Below, in pieces: positions 19,003-28,982 of a DNA stretch of 64,000 bases. Made by a program: the position numbers and the translations under genes. Each line of letters begins with the position of its first letter. The first letter of the stretch is position 1. This DNA is from an uncultured delta proteobacterium (GTDB taxonomy: Bacteria > Myxococcota > Myxococcia > Myxococcales > Myxococcaceae): NCBI GenBank assembly GCA_963796055.1, contig CAWCKH010000004.1, forward strand, positions 672,001 through 736,000, in the 5' to 3' direction. The notes under the pieces are model-generated. The model had not been told where the DNA came from and did no database searches. It saw only the letters and a list, made by a program, of their open reading frames with translations.

Positions 19003-19388
19003 CCGGGCGCTCCCTTCTCGGCGACGTGGCTGCCCCGGTGCGCGCGCCGATGGAGGAGCAGCGCGCCCCCCAGCACCGCCGCGGCCAGGAAGTAGGCGAA
19101 CGGGAGGTACCGCTTCCCGAGGTGCAGCTTCTCGAGGCCCTCGGCGATGAGCACCCCCATGCCCAGCAGCTCGGCGGCGATCTCCGCGGCAGGAGGCTGC
19201 GCCCCGGGCTGCAGCCGCTCCCAGCCCACCAGCCCCAGCAGCAGCACCGCCGCCACTCCGGCCACCCAGGGGAGCGCCCCACCACCCTGCTCCTCGGTCA
19301 GGGCCAGGTAGACGAGGTTGAGCCCGGCGAAGGCGTGGCTCACCGCCTGAAACCGCCGGACCCGCCTGCGCGCCTGGCTGTGCAGCAT
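18999..19388 (-). CDS. Small membrane protein
   Basis: Four hydrophobic segments; stop overlaps the pfkA start (GTGA). Confidence 0.7.
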   Translation of the reverse strand: MLHSQARRRVRRFQAVSHAFAGLNLVYLALTEEQGGGALPWVAGVAAVLLLGLVGWERLQPGAQPPAAEIAAELLGMGVLIAEGLEKLHLGKRYLPFAYFLAAAVLGGALLLHRRAHRGSHVAEKGAPG

Positions 19389-19454
19389 GGCTCGACGGCG
19401 GACTCTGCCACGCTCCCGCAGCCGGCGCTGCTCCGGTTAGGGTGCCGCCTCACC

Positions 19455-20231
19455 ATGAGCGACTTCCGGCAACGAGGCGCGGTGGTCACCGGAGCGAACC
19501 GCGGCATCGGCAAGTCCATCGCCCTCGCCTTCCTCCGCGGGGGCTGGCCGGTGCTGGCGCTGGCCCGGAGCGCCGAGAGCCTGGACGCGCTGCGACGGGA
19601 GGCCGGGGACCTCGCCGCTCGCCTCCGACCGATGGCCTGCGACCTGTCGGATCACGCTCAGCTCGAGGGCGCGGCCCAGGCGCTCTCCGACGCGGCTCCG
19701 GTCCCCGCGGTGCTGGTGAACAACGCCGGGATCTCGCTCTCCGCGCCGCTCCAGAAGACGAGCACCGAGGAGCTCCAGCGCGTGCTCCAGGTCAACGCCG
19801 TCGCGCCCTACGTCCTCTGCCGGGCGCTCATCCCCAGGATGGCCGAGGTGGGCGGCGGCCGGGTCATCAACGTCGGGTCCATCGCCTCGTTGAAGGGCAT
19901 CCGCTACACGTCCGCGTACTGCGCGAGCAAGCACGCCCTCCTCGGGCTCACCCGCGCGCTCGCCATCGAATGGGGGCGGAAGGCGGTCACGGTGAACGCG
20001 GTCTGCCCGGGATGGACCGAGACCGACATGTTCACCCGGGCGCTCGAGGCAGTGGTCGACAAGACGGGTCGCAGCCGCGAGCAGGCACGCGAGGCCGTCC
20101 TGGCCAACAACCCGATGGGCCGACCGGTGCAGCCCGACGAGGTCGCAGCCCTCGTTCTGTATCTCTCATCCCCGGCAGCAGCAGGCCTGACGGGCGCCGC
20201 ACTGGCCGTGGATTGTGGTGAGGCTGCCTGA
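19455..20231 (+). CDS. Short-chain dehydrogenase/reductase (3-hydroxybutyrate DH-like)
   Basis: VTGANRGIG, NNAG, YCASKHA (YxxxK), VNAVCPGWTETDM. Confidence 0.92.
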   Translation: MSDFRQRGAVVTGANRGIGKSIALAFLRGGWPVLALARSAESLDALRREAGDLAARLRPMACDLSDHAQLEGAAQALSDAAPVPAVLVNNAGISLSAPLQKTSTEELQRVLQVNAVAPYVLCRALIPRMAEVGGGRVINVGSIASLKGIRYTSAYCASKHALLGLTRALAIEWGRKAVTVNAVCPGWTETDMFTRALEAVVDKTGRSREQAREAVLANNPMGRPVQPDEVAALVLYLSSPAAAGLTGAALAVDCGEAA

Positions 20232-20304
20232 GCGGCTCTTAGTCCCTGTTGCACCAACTACCCACGAGCGCTAATACCAGGCGTCCTCCGAATGAGGGTG
20301 CCTC

Positions 20305-21198
20305 ATGCAACTCGAGTCGCTCAAGATGTTCTGCGACGTCGTCGAGACCGGCTCCTTCTCGCGCGCCGCCCAGCTGAACCACGTCACCCAGTCCGCGGTG
20401 AGCCAGCAGATCCGCGCGCTGGAGAATCGCTACGAGCAGAAGCTCCTCAGCCGCAGCGCACGGCAGGTCACGCCCACGCCCGCGGGTGAGCGGCTCTTCC
20501 GCGGCTGCAAGGAAATTCTCGCTCGCTTCGGCGAGGTGGAGCAGGAGATCCGCGAGCAGTCGGCGGAGATCGCCGGCACCTGCACCGTGTCCACCATCTA
20601 CTCGGTGGGCCTTCACGAGCTGCAGAACATCCAGAAGGGGCTGCTGAAGACGCACCCCAAGGTGAACATGCGGCTGATCTACCGCCGCAGCGATCAGGTC
20701 TACGACGACGTCATCCTCGGTGCAGCCGAGATTGGCGTCGTCGCCTACCCCCAGCCCCGGGCCGGCGTGGACGTGATTCCCTTCCGCGACGACAAGCTGG
20801 CGGTGGTCTGTTCCCCCAGCCACCCCCTGGCGAGCAAGGCGAAGGTCTCGCTGACCGCGCTGGCCGATACGCCCTTCATCGCCTACGACCGTGAGGCTCC
20901 CACCCGGAAGGCGCTGGACCGGCTGTTCCGGGAGAAGGGCGTGGAGATCGAGCCGGTGATGGAGATGGACAACGTGGAGACCATCAAGCGCGCCGTGGAG
21001 ATGGGCGTCGGGGTGTCCATCCTCCCCTCGGCCACCGTTCAGCACGAGATCGCGCAGGGCACGCTGGTCGCGCGCCCCTTCGCCGAGGGCAGCTTCGCGC
21101 GCCCCATCGGCCTGCTGGTGCGGAAGGGCAAGTACCTCGACCGCGCGTCGCAGGCGGTGCTGGACGCCTTCAAGGAAGCGGCTGCCGCCGAAGAATAG
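20305..21198 (+). CDS. LysR-family transcriptional regulator
   Basis: GSFSRAAQLNHVTQSAVSQQIRALE HTH; MDNVETIKRAVEMGVGVSILP substrate-binding domain. Confidence 0.95.
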   Translation: MQLESLKMFCDVVETGSFSRAAQLNHVTQSAVSQQIRALENRYEQKLLSRSARQVTPTPAGERLFRGCKEILARFGEVEQEIREQSAEIAGTCTVSTIYSVGLHELQNIQKGLLKTHPKVNMRLIYRRSDQVYDDVILGAAEIGVVAYPQPRAGVDVIPFRDDKLAVVCSPSHPLASKAKVSLTALADTPFIAYDREAPTRKALDRLFREKGVEIEPVMEMDNVETIKRAVEMGVGVSILPSATVQHEIAQGTLVARPFAEGSFARPIGLLVRKGKYLDRASQAVLDAFKEAAAAEE

Positions 21199-21362
21199 GT
21201 CAGGGCGGCCGCGCTCGAGATCCGCGGCATCGGGTCCAGCGGCCCGCAGTCGTCGAGGTCAGGGCGGCCGCAACGCAGTGGTCAGGGCGGCCGCGCTCGA
21301 GATCCGCGGCATCGGGTCCAGCGGCCCGCAGTCGTCGAGGTCAGGGCGGTCAGGGCGGCCGC
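21199..21362. repeat. Intergenic tandem repeat, two 82-bp units built around GTCAGGGCGGCCGC
   Basis: 14-mer at 21199, 21258, 21281 and 21349 (partial at 21340); identical 45-nt spacer at 21213-21257 and 21295-21339. Confidence 0.92.
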
Positions 21363-21383
21363 GGTCGGGCGACGGAGCGAGGG

Positions 21384-22178
21384 CTAGTTGTTGCCGGCGC
21401 CGTGCTGCTTCATCATCTCCTCGAGCTGCTTCTTCTGCTCGGGGGTCATGTTCTCCATCGCCTTTCGCATCTGGTCGCGCATCTGCTGACGCTGATCGGC
21501 GCTCATCCCCCCCTCGCCCGTCTTTACCTCGGTGTAGCCGGAGGGGATGGCGAAGGCGGAATCGGGAATCGGCTGCTCCTTCACCTCGGTGATCTCCCAG
21601 GTCACGGTGTGGTCGGGCTTGTCCTTCTCCCGGTGAATGAACTTGATCGGGAGTCCGCCCAGCCCCTCCTTCTTGAGCGCGCCCCACCAGCTCTGGCTCT
21701 TGCTGGTACCGGTCCAGGCCTTGGCCATGTCCGCCTGGGAGACGAGGTTCATGTCGATCCACATCTCGCTCTCGTCCGTGCTGCCGGCCTTGGTGACGAG
21801 CACGTGCTCGGTGGTTCGTCCGGCGATCTTCTCCTTCCCCAGCCGCTTGACGGTGTACTTCTTGGCCTCGGCGGGCTCGGCGGCGTCCTCCTTCTCCTTG
21901 CTGGTGTCGACCCGGGTGTACGTCTTCCGCTCGGGGTAGAGGATGTAGGTCACGCCCGGCTCGGCGGCCCGGGTGATGACCACCTGCTTCCCCGTCCCGA
22001 AGACTCCGCTGGACTCCATCCGGGTGCTGATGCCCTTCACCTGGATGGTCCCGGTGGCGGAGAGCGGCTTGCCGTCGGGCATCTTCTGGGGACTGCTCAT
22101 CTTGTTCGTCAGGACTCCTTCGAACGCGAGCGCGGGAACGGCGGCCAGGCAGAACGCAGCGACGAGCGCGCGGGTCAT
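21384..22178 (-). CDS. Exported DUF4412-like protein
   Basis: AAGGAG RBS, signal peptide MTRALVAAFCLAAVPALA, LGKEKIAGRTTEH, IPDSAFAIPSGYTEV, C-terminal MTPEQKKQLEEMMK. Confidence 0.82.
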   Translation of the reverse strand: MTRALVAAFCLAAVPALAFEGVLTNKMSSPQKMPDGKPLSATGTIQVKGISTRMESSGVFGTGKQVVITRAAEPGVTYILYPERKTYTRVDTSKEKEDAAEPAEAKKYTVKRLGKEKIAGRTTEHVLVTKAGSTDESEMWIDMNLVSQADMAKAWTGTSKSQSWWGALKKEGLGGLPIKFIHREKDKPDHTVTWEITEVKEQPIPDSAFAIPSGYTEVKTGEGGMSADQRQQMRDQMRKAMENMTPEQKKQLEEMMKQHGAGNN

Positions 22179-22206
22179 GGGCATCTCCTTGGGATGGGCG
22201 GGCATA

Positions 22207-23526
22207 TCACGCCAGTCGCCGGAGCCGGGCCGCGTAGAACCCGTCCATCCCCTCCGGGCCCGGTAACGTTCGCAGCGCCCCCTGGACCAGGGGCCAGCCG
22301 AGCCGCTCGGCGACCGCGGGCGTCTCCATGGTGAAATCCGGGTGACTGCGGAGGAAGAGGTCCACTTGGTCCTGCCCTTCCTCGGGCTCGGTGCTGCAGA
22401 CCGCGTAGACCAGCAGCCCACCGGGGGGCACCACCTCCTGGCAGCGCTCGAGGATGCGGCGCTGGAGCGTGGCGAGGCGCGCCAGGTCCGGCTCCTCGCG
22501 CCGCCAGCGCAGCTCGGGGTGGCGCCGCAGCGTGCCCAGCCCGGTGCACGGCGCGTCGAGCAGCACCGCGTCCACCCGGCCGATGGACTCCGGGAAGGGG
22601 TCGGTCGCGTCGTGGGCCAGCACCTCGATGCGATCGTCCAGCCGGAGCCGCCGTGCCTCGGAGCGAATCCTCTCCAGCTTCGCCACGTAGAGGTCCACCG
22701 CCAGCACCGGGTGACTCTCGCCCAGGTGACAGGCCTTTCCGCCCGGCGCGGCGCAGGCGTCGAGCACCCGCGCCCCCTCGGGGATGGCGGCGTACAGGCC
22801 CACCAGCTGCGCCGCCTCGTCCTGCACCTGGAACCGGCCCTCGGCGTACCCCACCAGGTCCTCCACCGGCCCGGGCGAGGGCAACCGGAAGCCGACCGGG
22901 GAGCGCACGGTCCGCATCGCCTGGAGCCCCGCCTCGGCGAACAGCGCCCCCAGCGCCTCGGGCGTCCCGAGACGGGTGTTGGTGCGGACGGTCACCGGCG
23001 GCGACTCGTTGTTCGCCACCAGCATCGCCTCGGCGCCCTCCCGGCCATAGCGCCGGAGCCACCGCTCGACCAGCCAGCGCGGGTGGCTGTCGCGGACCGA
23101 GAGGTGCTCGGCGAGATCGGAGACCGGGGGCAGCGGGATGGACTCCAGCCCGGCGACCTTCCGCAGCACCGCGTTGACGAAGCCCGCGGCGCGCGACAGT
23201 CCGAGCTGCTTCAGCCCTTCCACGGTCTCGGACACCGCCGCCCGGCGGGGTACCCGGGAGAAGAAGATCTGGTAGGCGCCGATGCGCAGCGCGCCCAGCA
23301 CCCGGTCCTCGAGCGCGGCCAGCTTCCGATCCGAGAAGCCGGCGATCACCCGGTCCAGCCCGAGACGCCGCCGGCTGGCTCCGTAGCAGAGCTCGGTGAC
23401 CAGCGCCGCATCGCGCGGGTCCCGGAGCGGCGATTCGGCGAGCCGCTGGTCCAGCACCACGTTCAGGTAGGCGTCGGTGGCCTCCACCCGGGCCAGCACC
23501 TCGATCGCCACCGCCCGGGCGTTCAT
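22207..23526 (-). CDS. rsmB: 16S rRNA m5C967 methyltransferase
   Basis: NusB-like N-terminus (FVNAVLR), FQVQDEAAQL, LDACAAPGGK, LLDAPCTGLGTLRRHPE, YAVCS, DGFYAARL. Confidence 0.95.
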   Translation of the reverse strand: MNARAVAIEVLARVEATDAYLNVVLDQRLAESPLRDPRDAALVTELCYGASRRRLGLDRVIAGFSDRKLAALEDRVLGALRIGAYQIFFSRVPRRAAVSETVEGLKQLGLSRAAGFVNAVLRKVAGLESIPLPPVSDLAEHLSVRDSHPRWLVERWLRRYGREGAEAMLVANNESPPVTVRTNTRLGTPEALGALFAEAGLQAMRTVRSPVGFRLPSPGPVEDLVGYAEGRFQVQDEAAQLVGLYAAIPEGARVLDACAAPGGKACHLGESHPVLAVDLYVAKLERIRSEARRLRLDDRIEVLAHDATDPFPESIGRVDAVLLDAPCTGLGTLRRHPELRWRREEPDLARLATLQRRILERCQEVVPPGGLLVYAVCSTEPEEGQDQVDLFLRSHPDFTMETPAVAERLGWPLVQGALRTLPGPEGMDGFYAARLRRLA

Positions 23527-24410
23527 TCCAGCGCCGCCATCCACTCCACCAGCTGGTGGTCGCTGAGCGCGGCCCTGGGCTGCACGGCGAGAAAGAGGGC
23601 CTGCAGCACCTCCTCCAGCTGATCGCGCTGCCCGGCCTCCACCGCCGCGCCCCGCTGGAGCGCGACCCACTCTCCGCGGGCCCAGGTGGCGAGGCCCGAG
23701 GGAGTGAGGCGGCCGGCGAGCCGGTCGGCGATGCGGGCCCGCACCTCGGCGCGGGTGAGGCCGCTGCCGGGCCGCCGCGTCCCGGGCGTTGGCTCCGCCG
23801 CGGCCCGACCCAGCGTCTTGCCTGGACGGGCCGGCGCCGCCGCCGGGGGTGTGGCCGGAGCGGGACGCACCAGGGCCCGCGGCGCACCGGCGCTGGCTGG
23901 CTCGGCGTCGGCCTTCACCGAGCGCGACCGCGCCGCCTCGGGCGCCCGGCCCAGCGTCTTCCGGGTCCGCGCGGCCAGCGCCCGGCTCGCGGCGCGCGAC
24001 AGCCGCTCGAGGGCCTCGAGGTATGCCTCGGCCCCCGTGCCCGCGACGTGCGCGGCGCACACGTCCTTGAGGAGCGACCGGCGCTGGACGGCGGCGCGGC
24101 CCTTCGCCGGGGCGAGCAGCACCTCCACCACCGGCATCCGCGAGGCGGACACCGCGGCCCGGAGGACGTGCGAGCCGGGCGCCAGGGGACCCGGGTTCAG
24201 CACCACGCCCTCGGCCCAGGCGCGCTGCTCCCACAGCGCATCCACCAGAGCGCCCTCGTGGTTGGTCTGCACCGTCCGGAGCACGTGCCCCAGCGCCCGC
24301 GCCTTCTCCGCCAGCCGGCGGTCCACCTCGGACAGGCTCACTCCCGGCGGGTCCCCCTCGCGCTGCCCGAGGAACTGGAGCGTCGGTCCGTGGAGCACGA
24401 GCACGTTCAT
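23523..24410 (-). CDS. aroQ: Type II 3-dehydroquinase-like protein with degenerate active site and C-terminal extension
   Basis: MNVLVLHGP..LGQRE, QTNHEGALVD, VVLNPG, PVVEV, RRSLL, G..AYLEAL; ATGA overlaps with fmt and rsmB. Confidence 0.75.
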   Translation of the reverse strand: MNVLVLHGPTLQFLGQREGDPPGVSLSEVDRRLAEKARALGHVLRTVQTNHEGALVDALWEQRAWAEGVVLNPGPLAPGSHVLRAAVSASRMPVVEVLLAPAKGRAAVQRRSLLKDVCAAHVAGTGAEAYLEALERLSRAASRALAARTRKTLGRAPEAARSRSVKADAEPASAGAPRALVRPAPATPPAAAPARPGKTLGRAAAEPTPGTRRPGSGLTRAEVRARIADRLAGRLTPSGLATWARGEWVALQRGAAVEAGQRDQLEEVLQALFLAVQPRAALSDHQLVEWMAALE

Positions 24411-25369
24411 GGCACCACTCCTCCGAATGGACGCTCGCCCTGGCGCAAGGGGTGTCCGCTCAGGAACTCCGCGGCCGTCATCCGCCGCTTGCCCTCGGGC
24501 TGCACCTCGAGCAGCCCAAGCGCCCCCTCCCCGCATGCCACGTCCAGCGTCCCGTGCGCGGCGAGCACGGTGCCGGGCGGCCCGGCGCCGGGCACCACCT
24601 CGGCGCGCCACACCTTGAGGAGCGCCGGCCCGAGCTGGCACCAGGCACCGGGCCAGGGCACGAAGGCGCGCACCCGCCGCTCCAGCTCGACCGCGGGCCT
24701 GGTCCAGTCGAGCCGCCCGTCCTCCTTCTCCACCAGCCGGGCGATGGTCACCCCGTCGGTCGGCTGGGGACGGGGGTCCAGCGCGCCGGCGAGGAAGCGG
24801 GGCAGCTCGTCCCGCACCAGGGCGCCCCCGAGCTCGGAGAGCCGGAGGTGCAGCGACTCGGAGGTGTCGTCGGGGAGGATGGGTGTCCTGCGCACCGCGA
24901 GCACCGGTCCGGTGTCCAGCCCCGCCTCCATCTGCATCAGGCACACCCCCGTCTCGGTGTCCCCCGAGGCGATGGCCCACTGGATGGGGGCGGCGCCTCG
25001 CCAGCGCGGCAAGAGCGAGGCGTGCACGTTCACGCACCCCAGCCGCGGCGCGGAGAGGACGTCCACCGGGAGGATGCGCCCGTACGCCGCCACCACCGCC
25101 ACGTCGAGCTGCATCGCCCGGAGCCGGTCGCCGAAGTCGGTCCCCTTGAGCCTGGGGGGCTGGAGTACGGAAAGGTCGGCCTTCTCCGCCTCGGCCTTCA
25201 CCGCCGACGGCGTGACGTGCTGCCCCCGCCCGCGCGGGCGGTCGGGCTGCGTGACCACCGCCACCACGTTGCCCACCACCTGGCAGGCACGGAGGGCGGG
25301 CACGGCGAAGGGCGGGGTGCCGAAGAAGGCGATGCGCGCCCGTCCACCCTCCGCACCCCGCTCAGCCAT
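24407..25369 (-). CDS. fmt: Methionyl-tRNA formyltransferase
   Basis: FFGTPPFAV, VVTQPDRPRGRG, VVAAYGRIL, NVHASLLPRWRGAAPIQWAI, MEAGLDTG, VQPEGKRRM. Confidence 0.97.
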   Translation of the reverse strand: MAERGAEGGRARIAFFGTPPFAVPALRACQVVGNVVAVVTQPDRPRGRGQHVTPSAVKAEAEKADLSVLQPPRLKGTDFGDRLRAMQLDVAVVAAYGRILPVDVLSAPRLGCVNVHASLLPRWRGAAPIQWAIASGDTETGVCLMQMEAGLDTGPVLAVRRTPILPDDTSESLHLRLSELGGALVRDELPRFLAGALDPRPQPTDGVTIARLVEKEDGRLDWTRPAVELERRVRAFVPWPGAWCQLGPALLKVWRAEVVPGAGPPGTVLAAHGTLDVACGEGALGLLEVQPEGKRRMTAAEFLSGHPLRQGERPFGGVVP

Positions 25370-25925
25370 CGTCGGGTCCGTGGAGCCGGGCGCGCTTCTC
25401 CGCGACCAGGGCGGTGAGGGTGGCCCGTCCTCCGGCGGCGTTCCCGGTGGCCAGCGCCGACTCGAGCGCGGTGAGCTCCTCGTGCTCGCGCCGGCGGAGG
25501 GTGTCCACCGTGGCGTGGAACTCGGCGAAGACGTCCCGCAGCTCGTCGTGGCTGCGGAGCGGCCGCCAGCGGGGGAAGCCTCCCTCGGCGAGCCGCCGGA
25601 GCTGGCCGCGGAGCACCCGCATCGGGCCCGCCACCCGGTGGGAGACCAGGAGCCCCACCAGCGACAGCACCAGGGACATCACCAGCGCCATGAACCCGGT
25701 GAGCACCAGCACCGTGGTCTCGGTGCCCTGGAGGGTGGCCTGCGACTCGGGCCCGAGCGTCTCGCGCGCCTGGTGCAGCGCCAGCCACACCGCCCCGCCG
25801 AAGGCGGCACAGAGCGACGCGCCGCCCAGCGCGAGCCCCACCGCGTATTTCAGCTGGAAGCGGCGGTCGACCAGGACCTGGCGTCGGGTGTAGGCCTCGG
25901 GGCTCACGGAGAAGTTCGTCCGCAC
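25362..25925 (-). CDS. Two-TM membrane protein with HAMP domain
   Basis: RRQVLVDRRFQLKY, two TM helices, SHRVAGPM...LRSHDEL HAMP pattern; start approximate. Confidence 0.78.
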   Translation of the reverse strand: MRTNFSVSPEAYTRRQVLVDRRFQLKYAVGLALGGASLCAAFGGAVWLALHQARETLGPESQATLQGTETTVLVLTGFMALVMSLVLSLVGLLVSHRVAGPMRVLRGQLRRLAEGGFPRWRPLRSHDELRDVFAEFHATVDTLRRREHEELTALESALATGNAAGGRATLTALVAEKRARLHGPDDG

Positions 25926-26050
25926 TCTACCCTCGCTCGCGCCCGGACCACGCCGCTGACGCGCAGCCCCTCGCGCTGGATTGGAAAGCAGCCGGGCGAT
26001 TGGCGTAAAACCCGGGGAACTTTTTACGGACAGCACCCCGGAGGGGACGG

Positions 26051-27652
26051 ATGGGACGCACCGCAACTGCGGTCGCACTGGCGCTCTCGTTGGGCCTCCT
26101 CGCCGTCGGTTGCAGCAAGGATCCGAGCACACCCGGGTACTGGGAGGACCAGCTCGATGCCGCCCAGCGGCCGAGCGAGAAGGTCCGGGTCCTGGAGACG
26201 CTCCGCTCCAGCAAGCGCCTCGACAAGCGCTTCGCGCCGATGCTGAACGCGCGGCTGGCCTCGGAGAAGAGCCCGGAGACCCGGGCGGTCATCGCCCGCG
26301 CGCTCGGGGAGCTGAAGGACCCCTCCAGCGTGGACCCCCTGACCGCGGCGCTCGACGTCAACACCGCCGACGGCGCCACCTCGCGGATGAACGCCGCCAT
26401 CGCCCAGGCGCTGGGGGACATCAAGGACCCGCGGGGGGCCACGGCGCTCATCGCCCTGCTCCGCAGCCGCGACGACTACGTCCGCCAGGACGCCATCGCC
26501 GCGCTGGGCGAGATCCGGGCCCAGGCCGCGGTCCCGACCCTGGTGGAGCTGGCCCTCGACGACAAGAGCCCCCCGGCCGTGAACCGTCGGGCCATCGTCG
26601 CGCTCGGCGAGGTGGGGGACCCGCGCGCCATCCCCACCCTGCTCAAGGCAATGTTCAAGCAGCGCGGGAACGCCGTCTTCGCCCAGGAGGCGAGCTACTC
26701 GCTGTTCCAGATCGGCAAGCCCGCCGCCGACGCGCTCACCGTGGTGCTCGAGGGGAAGGACCGCGACCTGTCCGCCTGGGCCCGCGCCAACGACGTGGGG
26801 GAGGCGGTGGTTCTGGTGAGGGCCGCCGAGTCGCTGGGCGACTTCCGGGCTCCCGGCGCCGAGCCGGCGCTGGTGAAGCAGCTCTCGTACCGGACTTCGG
26901 CCCCCGAGCAGACGCTCTACGCCCGGATGGCCGCGGCGAGCACGCTGGGGAAGATGCACTCCTCCGAGGGGCGGAAGACCCTGGAGACGATGCTCGACGA
27001 GTCCGAGCCGCTGGCCCGCGCCGAGTACGCCCGGGCGCTGGTGCTGATCGGCGGCCGCGACGCGGTGCCGGCCCTGCAGCGCTCGGCAGGCCACGGCCCG
27101 TGGGAGGCGCGGCAGTACGCCATCGGGGCGCTGGGGATGCTCGGCGACGAGCGGGACCAGCCGGCGATGGACCGCATCGCGGCCGACGAGCCCAAGGCCA
27201 CCGCCGCCGACTGCAAGCGCTACGGCTGCAACCTCCCGGTGGAGGAGGTGGCGGCGAACCGGCTGAAGACGGTGAAAGTCTTCCAGGCCCCGCTGAGGGC
27301 CGCCGCCCAGTGCAAGGCGGCGATGGACTGCTGGGCCAGCAAGCTCGGCGACGCCGAGGGCCCGGTGCGTCAACGGGCAGCGCTGGAGCTGGGGCGGATG
27401 GGCAAGCCCGAGGCGGTGAAGCCGCTCGGCGAGCACCTCGCGGACAAGGAGCCCGAGACCCGCGCCGCGGTGCTCCAGGCGCTGATGTGGCTGGTGCAGG
27501 GCAATTCGGGTGCTGCCCGGCAGCTGGTGCCGCTGCTCCCCAGGCTCGAGCAGCAGGCCTCGGCGGACCGCGGCCGGCAGGACTACGCGGCGACGAACGA
27601 GCAGCTCCGCCGCCTCATCACCGAGGTGCGTCGCCGGGGCGAGCAAGCCTGA
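26051..27652 (+). CDS. HEAT-repeat lipoprotein
   Basis: Lipobox LAVGC; repeated R..A..ALGE/D..DPRA HEAT motifs. Confidence 0.88.
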   Translation: MGRTATAVALALSLGLLAVGCSKDPSTPGYWEDQLDAAQRPSEKVRVLETLRSSKRLDKRFAPMLNARLASEKSPETRAVIARALGELKDPSSVDPLTAALDVNTADGATSRMNAAIAQALGDIKDPRGATALIALLRSRDDYVRQDAIAALGEIRAQAAVPTLVELALDDKSPPAVNRRAIVALGEVGDPRAIPTLLKAMFKQRGNAVFAQEASYSLFQIGKPAADALTVVLEGKDRDLSAWARANDVGEAVVLVRAAESLGDFRAPGAEPALVKQLSYRTSAPEQTLYARMAAASTLGKMHSSEGRKTLETMLDESEPLARAEYARALVLIGGRDAVPALQRSAGHGPWEARQYAIGALGMLGDERDQPAMDRIAADEPKATAADCKRYGCNLPVEEVAANRLKTVKVFQAPLRAAAQCKAAMDCWASKLGDAEGPVRQRAALELGRMGKPEAVKPLGEHLADKEPETRAAVLQALMWLVQGNSGAARQLVPLLPRLEQQASADRGRQDYAATNEQLRRLITEVRRRGEQA

Positions 27653-28982
27653 CCGCCGCGTCGCCCACCTTGGCCGGCAGCGCAGGACGGCGCGCCCCCT
27701 GAAATGCGCTGGGCAGGATGCTGAACGGCAGCACCTTGGCCAGGGCGGCGAGGAGCAGCAGCCCACCCGGGGCGGCGAAGATGGCCAGCGCAGGGATGGC
27801 CTTGGCCACGTCGATGAGCTCGAGCCGCATCCGCCGTCGCTCGTCGGAGGTGAGCGACTGGCCGATGGCCAGCTTCCCGACGAACACTCCGAGCTCGCCC
27901 ATCATCCGCACCTCGAGCAGCAGCGCCTTGACGTTGTCGTCGAGCGAGCGCTGCATGCTGCTCACCCACTCCTCCCCCAGCGAGGCGGCATTGTCGGTCA
28001 CCCGGAAGACGTCCAGCAGATGTCTGTTCTCGGCGTAGAACTCGGCCACCTCGCCCTCGATCTCCAGCAGCGTGTCCGGGGAGATGCGCAGCGCCCGTGC
28101 CAGGGCGCGCAGAAACGCCAGCTCGCCCGGTGACCGCCGCCCTTCCACCAGCGAGGCGAGCACGGTCTGCTGGAGGATGAACCGCCGCAGCGGGAGGCTC
28201 CGCACCGGGCGGACCAGGGCGTCGAGGTCCGGCCGCTCGCGAAAGACCTGCTTCACCCGGGCCCGGAGCAACGGGCCGACTGGCTTCGGGAGGCCGAGCG
28301 AGTCCACCTGGCGGAGGATGGCCCGCCGGGCGGCAGGGGTGGGCGACCGCTCGGCGCAGGCGAGCGCGGTCAGCACCTCGACCAGGAGCGCCTTCTGCCG
28401 TGCCGCCACCGCGAGCCGGCGGCGGGCCTGCTCCAGAGCGAGCGAGGTGTGGAGCCAGGCGGCGAGCGCGAGGTGGGCAAAGAGCTGCGCGTCGACGTAG
28501 GCCGCCCCGTTGTGGAGGAGGAGCCCGTAGAGCGGGTCTGCCCCGAGCGACATGGCCCGGTCCTCGAGGAGGGCCTCCAGCCGGGCCACGCTCCGCGGGG
28601 GCAGTGCCCCGGTGGCGCGGAGGGCGGTCTGGAGCGTCTCCGCCAGGCGGAGGTGCCCGCTCCAGGCGGCAAAGAGGATGGTGAGCCGCTCCACGCGGCG
28701 CTCGGGGCCGAGCCCGGAGATGTCGGCCAGGTCCAGCGCCAGCCGCACCAGGGTGCGCAGCACGGCGAGCGACAGCTGCTCCTCGCGCGTCATCCCCGCC
28801 GGGTGGTCGACCTTCTCTGGCGTCCCGTAGAGCAGGCCGCTGTCGTGGAGCACCGTCCGGACATGCGCCCGGGCACGGGCGCGGGGGCTGGTGCCGGGGG
28901 CGCGCGCGTCGACCAGCGGCTCGTGCTTCGCCAGCTCCTGTTCCAGGAGCGCCGTGAACCACCCCGACTGACCGAAGCTCAT
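27618..28982 (-). CDS. Hypothetical protein with TerB-like and C-terminal LETM1-like regions
   Basis: GGAG RBS before the ATG; EGRRSPGELAFLRALARAL; DVAKAIPALAIFAAPGGLLLL...ILPSAF. Confidence 0.7.
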   Translation of the reverse strand: MSFGQSGWFTALLEQELAKHEPLVDARAPGTSPRARARAHVRTVLHDSGLLYGTPEKVDHPAGMTREEQLSLAVLRTLVRLALDLADISGLGPERRVERLTILFAAWSGHLRLAETLQTALRATGALPPRSVARLEALLEDRAMSLGADPLYGLLLHNGAAYVDAQLFAHLALAAWLHTSLALEQARRRLAVAARQKALLVEVLTALACAERSPTPAARRAILRQVDSLGLPKPVGPLLRARVKQVFRERPDLDALVRPVRSLPLRRFILQQTVLASLVEGRRSPGELAFLRALARALRISPDTLLEIEGEVAEFYAENRHLLDVFRVTDNAASLGEEWVSSMQRSLDDNVKALLLEVRMMGELGVFVGKLAIGQSLTSDERRRMRLELIDVAKAIPALAIFAAPGGLLLLAALAKVLPFSILPSAFQGARRPALPAKVGDAAVRLARPGDAPR

